Numbered from the stretch's first letter, positions 27,841-37,267 are shown. The stretch is DNA of 64,000 nucleotides from an uncultured virus (IMG/VR IMGVR_UViG_3300028572_000010) (IMGVR_UViG_3300028572_000010:1-64000); one strand, 5' to 3'. Made by a program: numbers and translations. The notes: generated from the letters alone by a model not told the origin.

Positions 27841-30692
27841 TTGTAGTTAAGCCAAGATTTAGGTTCTTGATTCTTGGCTATTAAATTAGTTATTTCTTGA
27901 TTAAGATTATCTTTTGGTTTACTGATTGAATTTCTAATATATGAATCTGTACCAGTAGGTTTGGGATTGAATGTAAGTTTATCCAATAAACTAGGTTTTG
28001 GTGTGGCAAAATAACGTTGCACTAAAACCTTTCTCTTTTCTGGAGGCAAACTATCATGACTATGGAAACGTACTGATCTTCCGATAACTTGTCTCTCTTT
28101 AGGAAGGTTCCAAAAAGGTTCCAAAAGTTGTGTCAAATTTGTAGCCTTCAAATCCAATCCTTCAGCCCCAGCTCCTGATACTAATAATGCTCTTAATTTA
28201 TTAGCATTATAATCTTTAACTGCCTGGTCTCTTATAGTAGGTGTTACAGCTCCACTAAACTCTCCAAATGGTATATTATTCTTTCTTAATAATGATTCAT
28301 AAGGTCTAAGACCATTATTAAGATAATTACTATATACTAGAGCTTTATAGTTTGGATCTTGTTTTAATTGTATTTGTAAAAACTTAAAAGCTGCATCTAT
28401 TTTAGGGGATTCCACGTCTCTTAAATTTTTAGTAAATCCAGCAGTTGAATTGCTTACTTGTCTAGGTCCACTTAAAAATGCTCGCATACCTTCTAATTCA
28501 CCACGTCCAGGAGGTAAATTATGTTTAATTCGATAACGTGTCCAAAATGGTGTCTTTCCGAGTATTGTATCATATATCTCTTGTTGTTTAGCACCCATAG
28601 GAACATTAACTTCTTGCTCCGTCACAGTAGGATATCCTTCTTGAGTAGGTTTATAGTAGTCAACATACTTATCCAGAATCTTAGATAGTTGAGCTTTATT
28701 CTGTAGCTTATATTGAATGCCTGGAGAAACTCCCATTAATCTACCAAAAAATCCAGGTTTAACTTCTTCCTGTTTAAAATATTGTTTTTTAAACTCAGAT
28801 AAATTATTAGGTAATACTTGTTTCTTTGCTACTAAGTTAACAAGATTACTTAATTCAGTAGGATCATTTAGAATTGGAGTTCCTGAAAGGAGAAGGCGCT
28901 TGGCTGGATTCGTTTTAACCAATGCTTGATATAATTCACTATTACTATTTTTAGCTTTTTGAGCTTCATCTACTATCTGCAAACCAGTATTGTATATTGG
29001 AGTATTTAACTTAGAATTAGCAAATCTTTGTTGACTAATTAAGTTGATATTAGAAGGATTAGAATTGCCATACCATCTCTGCAACTCTTTACGATAGTTG
29101 GATTTTAATGAAGCTGGAACAATGATATCAGTCTTAGGTAATCCTAATGCTTTCCAGGATTCAATACTTTCGCGTGTATTGTGCGTAACTATACAATGTT
29201 CAGTAATATATAGATGAGAAGGGTCATCGATTGCAATACAGATTGTCTCTTTTTTTCCAACATATTCTATACTTTTTATATATCTAGTTGGTTTATATTT
29301 AGTCTTAGGAATTACTTGAATTGCTTTTCTGTGTAATCTAAATGGATTGATATTTGGTGGTAAACTTAACCAAACCCTATAACATAAAGCTCCTTTCTTT
29401 TTTTCTCCTTTATATGAATATGTTGGAATTCTAGTTGTTATCTTTGCTAAACCTCCTAGTGATTCAACAAGGAATTGCACACCATCTGCTAACTGTTTTG
29501 AGACGGACTCATAAACTATAGCCATACCATCTTTACTTACAGTACCATCAGTATCCATTAACCCTTGTAATAATGCTATGCGAGATTTCACTGTGTTAAA
29601 CATATAAATATCAGGTATAAATTTTGTAAAACAATTCATACCTTGTAATTTTAATTCTTTAAATGCTTGAACAATGTAACTGTTATATCCTTTTGGTTTA
29701 CCTAATCCATAAGTATATTTAGAATATTTTTTAAGAGTAAAATTTGGAAATAAAGACTTAATTGATTGCAGAATTTCGTCATCTGCTGTTGTTATCGCAC
29801 AGCCACCTCCACAAATACTACCATCTCCTAAAATCAAACCAACAAAATACGGGTCTAGTGGAAGTTTTCTATATTTAAAATGAATAGGTTTCACAATAGG
29901 AATAGTATAATTTAAACTATTATCATTAGATAATACTGTATCTTTAATTTCGCTTGTACTCCTGACTTTACCTACCCACCTATATTTAAATTGATCCTTG
30001 CTTTTAACGTAATTTTTACGTTCACATCTAGATTGAGTGAACCATAAATGAGAATCATCACATTCTATAGTAGCACCATCCCTAAAAGTAATTTTATACA
30101 CATCTTTATACCCTTGAGGATAGACTCCAGTCACATTAGCTTTCACACCATTAACAGAAATCACTTCTGTGTTTTGTTTTATATCTTCTATATTTATCCA
30201 CCCTGTAGGTGTTAATATCTTTGAGCCTATAACCAATCCTTTTCCACTACCCATCCCATGATAAAGCACTAACCCTGAAGTATTCTTATCTTGAATCTTC
30301 TTAATTACTCTAGCTTGTTGAGGTTGTAACGCTTCTTCACCAGCCTCCTTCTTCAAAGGTACGGTTCTAGGATTCCCACCTACTACTGGATAACCCTCAG
30401 CCCTTAACTTCTTTGCCAACCATTCCTCGGTTCTTTCAGCTTTATGAAATGGCATGGGATTTAAATCTTTATAATGTTCAGGCCTAAGTCTAAGCCCATG
30501 ATTCTTTACCCAGATATTGGCTTTTAGTCCAGTTTTATGTTTCTCGAATCTAGCTTCAGGACTCAAACCAGTCTCTCCTACATAAAGTGGAGGTAGTTCT
30601 GGATTGTAGTTAGGATTCAACTTTAAAAACTTTTTTTTAGCTAAGACCTCCTTATCCAATTCAACTACATATACATTGTGTCGGTCTGTCAT
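27837..30692 (-). CDS. GIY-YIG-like nuclease fused to an SNF2-family helicase, containing an intein (start revised to MTDRH)
   Basis: NVYVVEL..LYVGETG..RFEKH; HGMGSGK|T Walker A; IVDEAQ; LSGTP; EGLDL; QVIGRSVR. Confidence 0.85.
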   Translation of the reverse strand: MTDRHNVYVVELDKEVLAKKKFLKLNPNYNPELPPLYVGETGLSPEARFEKHKTGLKANIWVKNHGLRLRPEHYKDLNPMPFHKAERTEEWLAKKLRAEGYPVVGGNPRTVPLKKEAGEEALQPQQARVIKKIQDKNTSGLVLYHGMGSGKGLVIGSKILTPTGWINIEDIKQNTEVISVNGVKANVTGVYPQGYKDVYKITFRDGATIECDDSHLWFTQSRCERKNYVKSKDQFKYRWVGKVRSTSEIKDTVLSNDNSLNYTIPIVKPIHFKYRKLPLDPYFVGLILGDGSICGGGCAITTADDEILQSIKSLFPNFTLKKYSKYTYGLGKPKGYNSYIVQAFKELKLQGMNCFTKFIPDIYMFNTVKSRIALLQGLMDTDGTVSKDGMAIVYESVSKQLADGVQFLVESLGGLAKITTRIPTYSYKGEKKKGALCYRVWLSLPPNINPFRLHRKAIQVIPKTKYKPTRYIKSIEYVGKKETICIAIDDPSHLYITEHCIVTHNTRESIESWKALGLPKTDIIVPASLKSNYRKELQRWYGNSNPSNINLISQQRFANSKLNTPIYNTGLQIVDEAQKAKNSNSELYQALVKTNPAKRLLLSGTPILNDPTELSNLVNLVAKKQVLPNNLSEFKKQYFKQEEVKPGFFGRLMGVSPGIQYKLQNKAQLSKILDKYVDYYKPTQEGYPTVTEQEVNVPMGAKQQEIYDTILGKTPFWTRYRIKHNLPPGRGELEGMRAFLSGPRQVSNSTAGFTKNLRDVESPKIDAAFKFLQIQLKQDPNYKALVYSNYLNNGLRPYESLLRKNNIPFGEFSGAVTPTIRDQAVKDYNANKLRALLVSGAGAEGLDLKATNLTQLLEPFWNLPKERQVIGRSVRFHSHDSLPPEKRKVLVQRYFATPKPSLLDKLTFNPKPTGTDSYIRNSISKPKDNLNQEITNLIAKNQEPKSWLNYN
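29178..30239 (-). mobile_element. Class 3 intein with LAGLIDADG endonuclease (354 aa, Gly1) in Walker A
   Basis: GLVIGSKILTPTGW...CDDSHLW...VGLILGDG...LQGLMDTDG...TICIAIDDPSHLY..VTHN|T; WCT triplet present. Confidence 0.85.
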
Positions 30693-30693
30693 A

Positions 30694-31371
30694 TCAGTAA
30701 TTATAGTAAGTCCCTTTATCCACCCAATTAGTACCACCTTGTAGATTATATTGATGAGGCAAGCTTGTAGTTATTGGATCATTAGGATTCCTATCTTTAA
30801 TAATTCTATTTATTATATTCACTACGTCTGGGTATTCATTAGTCTTAAATTGACTTGGAATTAATGGACCATAATGCCTGGGAGGGATTTGAACAACGTT
30901 AGTAAGATTAGGGAATAATTTACGGTACATAGCTGGAGTAGCAAACCCTTTAAGCACTTCGTTTGGACTCACATTAGTATTGGAGCAATCCCCACCATTA
31001 CAAGCAGTAGTATAAATATTATTGATATTGTTAGTAGCTGGACCAATAAGTTTAGCCAATGTTTGAGGAGTATAAGTTAGTGGTTCATTGTTATAAAGCA
31101 AGTTTTTAGAATTATTAGAATCACTTTGAAATGCATATTCTCCATTAATAGCACTATCAGGACCACCGTGAGCATTTATATTAAGGGTATTACCACCTTT
31201 ATTAACAAAATTATGCATATTTGGAGGGAGACCACCAACAGTATAAGCATTGTGTGGTAATGAAATCATCGGAATTTTTGGAGGTGTAGGAGGTGTAGGA
31301 GGTGGAGGAGGTGGAGGGAGTGGGCCAGCAGCCTTGATAAAACCATTAATAAATGCATCTAACTTATTCAT
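30694..31371 (-). CDS. FINGFIKAA-tag protein with a putative clan CD (caspase/CPD-like) protease domain
   Basis: MNKLDAFINGFIKAAG, poly-Pro linker, LNINAHGG and IYTTACNGG. Confidence 0.55.
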   Translation of the reverse strand: MNKLDAFINGFIKAAGPLPPPPPPPTPPTPPKIPMISLPHNAYTVGGLPPNMHNFVNKGGNTLNINAHGGPDSAINGEYAFQSDSNNSKNLLYNNEPLTYTPQTLAKLIGPATNNINNIYTTACNGGDCSNTNVSPNEVLKGFATPAMYRKLFPNLTNVVQIPPRHYGPLIPSQFKTNEYPDVVNIINRIIKDRNPNDPITTSLPHQYNLQGGTNWVDKGTYYNY

Positions 31372-31714
31372 ACTGTTTCATTATTAAAGATACATTCTTA
31401 TACCAGTTATCATTTAAATGATTAGGGTCATTTTTAGCATTTATAGGACAATAGTGTTGTTGTAGATATCTTAAGAAATCTGTTTTAGAACTACTATTTA
31501 ACCAGTTATTGTAATTATGTTTTATAGTATTGGCAGCTATAATTCTTGGACTCTTTTTAAAATCTCCAATCACTCCATAAGGATATTTAGTATTAGCCCC
31601 ACCCTCAGCTAGATAAATAGCGTCTAATAAGTGATTTAGATAGACTTTATTTAATTGTTGTGCTTCAATACTAATACTAATCAAGCTAAATACAATAATA
31701 ATCCAACTCTTCAT
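31364..31714 (-). CDS. Signal-peptide-bearing lysozyme-like/transglycosylase-like protein
   Basis: Hydrophobic N-terminus ending IEA; AIYLAEGG...YGV...YCP..NDP..LNDNWYKNV. Confidence 0.55.
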   Translation of the reverse strand: MKSWIIIVFSLISISIEAQQLNKVYLNHLLDAIYLAEGGANTKYPYGVIGDFKKSPRIIAANTIKHNYNNWLNSSSKTDFLRYLQQHYCPINAKNDPNHLNDNWYKNVSLIMKQYE

Positions 31715-31805
31715 AAATCTAACCTAGTTTAATGTATATTCCAGGTTAATTAAAGACTAAAGTTTGAGGTTGTGGAAATCAATAATAAGAGTATATAATC
31801 AAAAT

Positions 31806-34559
31806 ATGAGTTATACTGTACTTAATAAGGGAAATTTTGAGAAGGTGGACAAACTAAATGAAGATCATATATCCATGCCTTCGAGTAGGGATTTATTTGC
31901 TTTACCTACTAACATGATTACTGGGCTAAATTCAGTTTCCGGCGGGCGTGTGTTACTAGGAGCCAAGGCTTCTCTCCAAGCTATACCTTTAGTAAATCCT
32001 GAACGTCCGTTAGTAGAAAGTTCAGATGACACTAACAAAGAAAGTACTCAAGAACTATATGGTAAACATTATTTATCTGTAACTGCAACTAAACCTGGTA
32101 CTGTTACTGAAGTTACTGAAAATCATATTAAAGTAGATAATACAGATAAAACCAAGTCTACCTATCAACTATATAATAACTTTCATTTAGGCAGGAAAAG
32201 CTTTATTACTCATACCCCTAAAGTGAAGGTTGGTGATAAAGTTAAAACTAATGAAGTAATAGCTTACAGTAATTATAATGATAAAGAAGGTAATATGGCG
32301 ATGGGAACTAACCTTACTACTGCTATAATCCCGTACCGCTCAGACAACTTTGAGGATGCTTTTGCAGTGACTGAAAGTGGTGCTAAAAAGTTGGCAGCAG
32401 AACAAATGATCAATTTTAGTATTGAAGAGAAATTTGGAGTAGAGGCAGGCAAGGATAAATTTGTAGCACTATTTCCTAATAAATATACGAATAATCAAAT
32501 TAAAAATATAGATTCAGATGGAGTGGTTATAGTAGGGTCTAGATTGAAAGCTGGAGACCCGGTAATCCTGGCTTACTCACCCAGAGCATTAAAGAGTACA
32601 GATTTGGCATTAGGTAAGCTGAGTAAAGTATTAAAACATGCATTCAAAGATAATTCAGAAGCCTGGGACTACGAACATGATGGAGAAGTAGTGGATGTAA
32701 CCAAACATGGCCCACTTATTACAGTACATATCAAGACGGTAAGAAGTCTATTACCTGGTGATAAGATTTCTAATTACTTTGGAGCTAAGGGTGTAACGAA
32801 GATTGTATCAGACTCACAAGCTCCACTACTACCTAATGGGAAGCCAGTTGATATCATGCTTAACTCCATGTCCATCACGTCAAGAGTTGCACCAGCCTTA
32901 GCCATAACTCTAGGCCTTGGTAAATTAGCTGAGAAGACTGGTAAGACTATTAAAATGGATCAGTTTAGAAAGGATTCATCTATTAAGAATGTAATTAATG
33001 TATTAAAGAAGAATAATATAAATGATACTGAACAACTATATGATCCAATTACTGGTAGAAATATTGAAGCAGTTGTAGGTCCATTATTCTATAGTAGGTT
33101 AACTCATATTAGTGAAGATAAACTAAGTACTAGAAGTCAGGGGTCCGGATACAGTTTCGACCGGCAACCAAGTAAGTCAGCAGTGGAAGGTGGTTCATCA
33201 AAGAGAATAGGAAATTTAGGTACTACAGCTTTGCTAAGTCATGATGTCAGACATGTATTGGAGGATATAGGTACTGTTAAAGGTACTCAGAATGATGAAT
33301 TCTGGCGTGCTATTAAATTGGGCCAAACCCCACCCAGCCCTAAAGTTCCATTCATCTTTAACAAGTTCATAGATAGTTTAAAAGCTGCCGGTATTAATGT
33401 AGATAGAGTTGGTAATACCTTTAATATCCTACCTTTAACAGATAAGGATACTACTGCTTTGAGTAATGGTGAAATTAAGAAACCTTCATTATTCAAGCCA
33501 CATCAAGAAGAACTAATACATGAACCTGGCGGACTATTTGATCCTAATATAATAGGCATATTAGGTGACAAGTTTAATCACATAAATCTTAATCATCCCA
33601 TACCTAATCCTATTAGTGAGGATTATCTCAGAAAGTTGTTAGGAGTTACCAAGTTTAAGTTTAATGATATGGTAGTGGATGGGGAAATGGAAAAAGCCCT
33701 TAATAATATAGATCTGGATAAGAAGATAGAAGAAATGAAGAAGTATATAGGTAGTGAGAAGAAGACTAGAAGAGATGATGCCGTTAAATTGTTAGAATTT
33801 CTCACTACACTAAAAGAACATAAGTTACATCCTAAAGATTTGATGTTGCATAAAGTACCTATTCTACCAGCCCAATACAGACCTGCTAGTAAGATGGGTG
33901 ATGTAGTATTAACTAGTGATGTTAATAATCTATATAAAGACCTCATACTAAATAACAATGCACTTAAAAATACTGAGAATGTGCCGGACGAAGTAGTTAG
34001 GAAATTAAAACAAAATGAATATGATGGAGTAAAAGCTGCCTTTGGTTTGGGTGATCCAATTAATAAGAAACACCAGGATAAGAATGTTAAAGGTATATTA
34101 GCTACTATGTTTGGATTAAAGGGTGGAACGGCTAAAAGTACAATGTTTCAGAGTAAGGTGGTTAATAAGAGTCTGGATTTGGTGGGAAGAGCTGTGTTAA
34201 CTCCAGATACTAGATTGGATGTAGACCAGGCTAGTGTACCTCAAGATATGCTGTGGCAGATATATAAACCTTTTGTTATTAGAAGGTTGGTTATGAAGGG
34301 TGTACCAGCTATTAGTGCGGTTGATTATGTTAAAAAACATAGTCCATTAGCAGTTATGGCATTAAAGGAAGAGATGGCAGTAAGACCTGGTATTATAACG
34401 CGAGATCCAGCCTGGCATAAATATAATCTATTAGGGTTTAATTTAATTGCTAATCCAAATTCTAAAGATAAAACTATTAAAATGAATCCATTAGTATTTA
34501 AGGGGTATGGTGCGGATAGTATTGTAGATTATATTATTTATAGAGAGAAAATTAATTGA
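31806..34559 (+). CDS. rpoBC: RNA polymerase beta C-terminal part fused to beta-prime N-terminal part, ending in a 13-aa N-intein (start revised to MSYTV)
   Basis: RVLLGAKASLQAIPL, GTNLTTAIIPYRSDNFED, GDKISNYFGAKGV, PVDIMLN, RLTHISEDK (RpoB); GEIKKP..GGLFDPNIIG, VPILPAQYRP, NKSLDLVGRAV, RDPAWHK, MNPLVFKGYGAD (RpoC). Confidence 0.92.
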   Translation: MSYTVLNKGNFEKVDKLNEDHISMPSSRDLFALPTNMITGLNSVSGGRVLLGAKASLQAIPLVNPERPLVESSDDTNKESTQELYGKHYLSVTATKPGTVTEVTENHIKVDNTDKTKSTYQLYNNFHLGRKSFITHTPKVKVGDKVKTNEVIAYSNYNDKEGNMAMGTNLTTAIIPYRSDNFEDAFAVTESGAKKLAAEQMINFSIEEKFGVEAGKDKFVALFPNKYTNNQIKNIDSDGVVIVGSRLKAGDPVILAYSPRALKSTDLALGKLSKVLKHAFKDNSEAWDYEHDGEVVDVTKHGPLITVHIKTVRSLLPGDKISNYFGAKGVTKIVSDSQAPLLPNGKPVDIMLNSMSITSRVAPALAITLGLGKLAEKTGKTIKMDQFRKDSSIKNVINVLKKNNINDTEQLYDPITGRNIEAVVGPLFYSRLTHISEDKLSTRSQGSGYSFDRQPSKSAVEGGSSKRIGNLGTTALLSHDVRHVLEDIGTVKGTQNDEFWRAIKLGQTPPSPKVPFIFNKFIDSLKAAGINVDRVGNTFNILPLTDKDTTALSNGEIKKPSLFKPHQEELIHEPGGLFDPNIIGILGDKFNHINLNHPIPNPISEDYLRKLLGVTKFKFNDMVVDGEMEKALNNIDLDKKIEEMKKYIGSEKKTRRDDAVKLLEFLTTLKEHKLHPKDLMLHKVPILPAQYRPASKMGDVVLTSDVNNLYKDLILNNNALKNTENVPDEVVRKLKQNEYDGVKAAFGLGDPINKKHQDKNVKGILATMFGLKGGTAKSTMFQSKVVNKSLDLVGRAVLTPDTRLDVDQASVPQDMLWQIYKPFVIRRLVMKGVPAISAVDYVKKHSPLAVMALKEEMAVRPGIITRDPAWHKYNLLGFNLIANPNSKDKTIKMNPLVFKGYGADSIVDYIIYREKIN
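34518..34556 (+). mobile_element. Split intein N-fragment (SIVDYIIYREKIN)
   Basis: Follows YGAD exactly where the catalytic motif breaks; begins with Ser and resembles the intein block A beta-strand. Confidence 0.75.
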
Positions 34560-34584
34560 CAAGTTCAACTAGTCACCGTATTGT
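34556..34584 (+). promoter_or_regulatory. sigma70-type leaderless promoter in the intein split
   Basis: TTGACA (overlapping the TGA stop)-N17-TATTGT-N6-ATG. Confidence 0.7.
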
Positions 34585-34590
34585 GTCTAT

Positions 34591-36312
34591 ATGATTAATT
34601 ATAAATATACACTAGTACCTATTTCAGATTTCCCTAGAATAGAAAATTCAGCCACTACTACTATAAATGGTAATATCCTTTATGATGTACCTAGTAATGT
34701 AGAAGTAAAATCATTAAACCTTATAACTGGTGAAGTAGATTGGGTAAATCCAAAGACATTCTCGATTCATCCTAATGTACCTTTATATTTGGTACAATTT
34801 ATAGATGGGGATTTTATATTTGCAGCCAAAGATCATAGTTTATTAGCTTATACTGATAGTGGTATTGAAGAAGTTGATACCGAAGAGGCAGTAGGTAGGT
34901 ATTGTCCTAGTGATGTTACAACTATAGCACCCAATATTCAATCAAGTGTATTAGCTGAAGGTATGATGGGTACTAGAGGAATGAAAGGAATACGAGGAAA
35001 AGGATTTGTTAAAAATTCATTTAACTTGCAACTTAATTATAAAACCGGACTTTTTATAGGAATGGTTTTAGGTGATGGTTGGGTAGATAATGCTAATCAA
35101 CTTTTCTTAGCCGGTTCTACCAAAGAAAAATTAATGAATAGAAAAGTATTTGCTGATTTATGTAATAGTGAATATCTTCCTTATGAAAATGGAGTTAAAG
35201 AAATAGATAGAGTTAGTGAGAATATGATGGGGCAATTTACTTCTAGAGGTAAAACTAGAGCTTCTTGTGCCTGGTTTAATAAGTGGTTAAAAGAGCAGAT
35301 AGGGAGTGGAGCTTTTAATAAGAAAATACCTACTTTTAGTTTAAACGGTCCTGAAGAACATCTACTAGGTATATTAGATGGGTTAATCTCAACTGATGGA
35401 ACAGTAAGTGTCAGTTCTTCTAATAAAACAGTTATAAATATAAGTATCTGCACATCATCAATTCATTTAATTAACGGTTTAAGATATATGAGTAAACGGT
35501 TAAATTTAAATTATGGAGTATATAAAGGGGCATCTAGGCTGAGTAGTAAAGATAATTTCTCCTTCAGATTTCATACTGGGACATTTAAAAAGTTAGTTGA
35601 AAGAACAAAATTTAGAATAAGTCATGAGTTGAAGAAGGAAAAATTAGAGAATAGCTTAAAAGATATAACAGGTATAGGTGATAACTTTAATGACTTAGTA
35701 CCACTTCCTTCAGAAACTGTTAAAAAAAATATAATTACAGCTATTAATAATAAATATAAATTACAAAAGAATAAGGAACTTTATAATTTAAAATATAGAT
35801 TAAGCCAGGAATTTAAAACAGATAGATTTCGTAAAAGCACTTTAAAAGAAATAATTGAAATACTTCTAGTTGAGTTAAAGAATAATGAACAATGGATATC
35901 ATATTTAGGTAAGGTGTATAATGGTAGTTTAAAATGGAAGAAAGTTAAAAGAGTAACTAAGTTACAATCTAATACTGCTTACGATTTGGAAATACCAAAC
36001 TACGGAAGTTTCTTAACTATAGGAGGATATACAAAAAATTCCGACGGAGACCAACTTAATGTCCATATTCCAGGCACTGAAGAAGCACGTAAAGAAGTTA
36101 TAGCTAAAATGATGCCTAGCAAAAATTTATTATCTGTTAAATCTTTTCAACCTGTATTAATCCCTAGTAATGAAGCAGCTTTGGGCCTTTATGGACTAAG
36201 TACAGAAAACAAACATAACACTCCTAAAAAATATAAAACTGAACAAGAAGTAGTTGCTGCATATAACAGAGGTGATTTAGAGCCAGGAGACAACATAGAA
36301 ATAGAGAAATGA
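34591..36312 (+). CDS. rpoC: Split intein C-fragment with LAGLIDADG endonuclease (483 aa) + 90-aa beta-prime middle fragment (SDGDQLNVHIP...)
   Basis: LVPISDF, AAKDHSLL (block B), FIGMVLGDG, LDGLISTDG, AYDLEI (block F), TKN|SDGDQLNVHIPGTEEARKE..MMPSKNLL..PSNEAALGLY. Confidence 0.9.
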   Translation: MINYKYTLVPISDFPRIENSATTTINGNILYDVPSNVEVKSLNLITGEVDWVNPKTFSIHPNVPLYLVQFIDGDFIFAAKDHSLLAYTDSGIEEVDTEEAVGRYCPSDVTTIAPNIQSSVLAEGMMGTRGMKGIRGKGFVKNSFNLQLNYKTGLFIGMVLGDGWVDNANQLFLAGSTKEKLMNRKVFADLCNSEYLPYENGVKEIDRVSENMMGQFTSRGKTRASCAWFNKWLKEQIGSGAFNKKIPTFSLNGPEEHLLGILDGLISTDGTVSVSSSNKTVINISICTSSIHLINGLRYMSKRLNLNYGVYKGASRLSSKDNFSFRFHTGTFKKLVERTKFRISHELKKEKLENSLKDITGIGDNFNDLVPLPSETVKKNIITAINNKYKLQKNKELYNLKYRLSQEFKTDRFRKSTLKEIIEILLVELKNNEQWISYLGKVYNGSLKWKKVKRVTKLQSNTAYDLEIPNYGSFLTIGGYTKNSDGDQLNVHIPGTEEARKEVIAKMMPSKNLLSVKSFQPVLIPSNEAALGLYGLSTENKHNTPKKYKTEQEVVAAYNRGDLEPGDNIEIEK

Positions 36313-36328
36313 AAGAAGAAGACCTTAT

Positions 36329-36550
36329 ATGATAACTAGAGATGTATGGTTAGTATTGAACGAACAACAGAAATTAGATAAGTTGATAGAAGCTCTAACT
36401 CAACTAAGAGATATTGATTTGCCTAAAAGTAAATTAAAGGGTAGAATAGACCAAGGTAGATTAGCTAATGTTAAAAAATCCTTGGAAGAATTTATTATTG
36501 ATGAAGCTGTGGCCTGGGAAAGTGAGAAACTATTACAAAAGTATCATTAA
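36329..36550 (+). CDS. Hypothetical protein
   Basis: 73-aa ORF. Confidence 0.55.
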   Translation: MITRDVWLVLNEQQKLDKLIEALTQLRDIDLPKSKLKGRIDQGRLANVKKSLEEFIIDEAVAWESEKLLQKYH

Positions 36551-36613
36551 TATAACTACCATCAATCTCCATAATAGATAGAACTTTGAAATAGAGATAA
36601 TACCAATTTTAAT

Positions 36614-37267
36614 ATGACTTACAGACAAATCTTAGAAGAAATAGGTAGTATGATGCATAAACAAGCATTTATACCATCACCTAATAGTACTGCTGCTCAA
36701 CAACAAGGAGGTTTACCTGGGCAACAACCTCAACCTCCACAATCTTCACAATCTCCACAACCAAGTCAAGGTGGATCAGGTCAACAACCAGACCCACAAC
36801 AGATGGCTCAATTAGCTCAACAAATGGGTCAAGGCCAAGGAATGCAACAAGAAGGCCAGGGTCAACCTCAGCAAGATCTGAGTCAGGGAGGTCAGCCACA
36901 ACCAGGACAAAGTGATGATTTAGCCCCAAAACAACAGTCTAGAGGGTTAAAAGATACTACAGTTACATTAAGTGTAGCTGATCTATTAGATTTACATAGT
37001 GGCGGGAAGGCAACACAGAGTCATTTGAAGACTGAACAATTAAAAGAAAAGCATCAATATGAACGTGCTAAGATGCATAGGGAAGAGCAACAGAAGCAGA
37101 GAGAAGAACAGCAGAAGCAACAACAAGAACAAATGATGCAACAACAGCAACAACAAGGTATGATGGGTGGAGGTATTTATGGTAGTGGGCCGATGGATGG
37201 TAGTAATCCTGCACAACCAACCCAACCAGCACAATCAGCCCAACCCCAACAAGGTCTAGGTATATGA
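36614..37267 (+). CDS. Gln/Pro-rich low-complexity putative head protein
   Basis: MMHKQAF followed by Q/P/G tracts. Confidence 0.65.
   Translation: MTYRQILEEIGSMMHKQAFIPSPNSTAAQQQGGLPGQQPQPPQSSQSPQPSQGGSGQQPDPQQMAQLAQQMGQGQGMQQEGQGQPQQDLSQGGQPQPGQSDDLAPKQQSRGLKDTTVTLSVADLLDLHSGGKATQSHLKTEQLKEKHQYERAKMHREEQQKQREEQQKQQQEQMMQQQQQQGMMGGGIYGSGPMDGSNPAQPTQPAQSAQPQQGLGI

Noticed and set aside
34557..34591. TGA read-through or alternative genetic code joining the RNAP ORFs
   Set aside because: The downstream ORF is in the +1 frame with a TAG at 34570, and genes elsewhere are intact under code 11 with all three stops in use.
34518..36039. Group I/II intron interrupting the catalytic motif
   Set aside because: The interval is almost wholly ORF with intein blocks B, F and G. 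It ends in AAT rather than the terminal G of group I introns and leaves no room for a ribozyme core.
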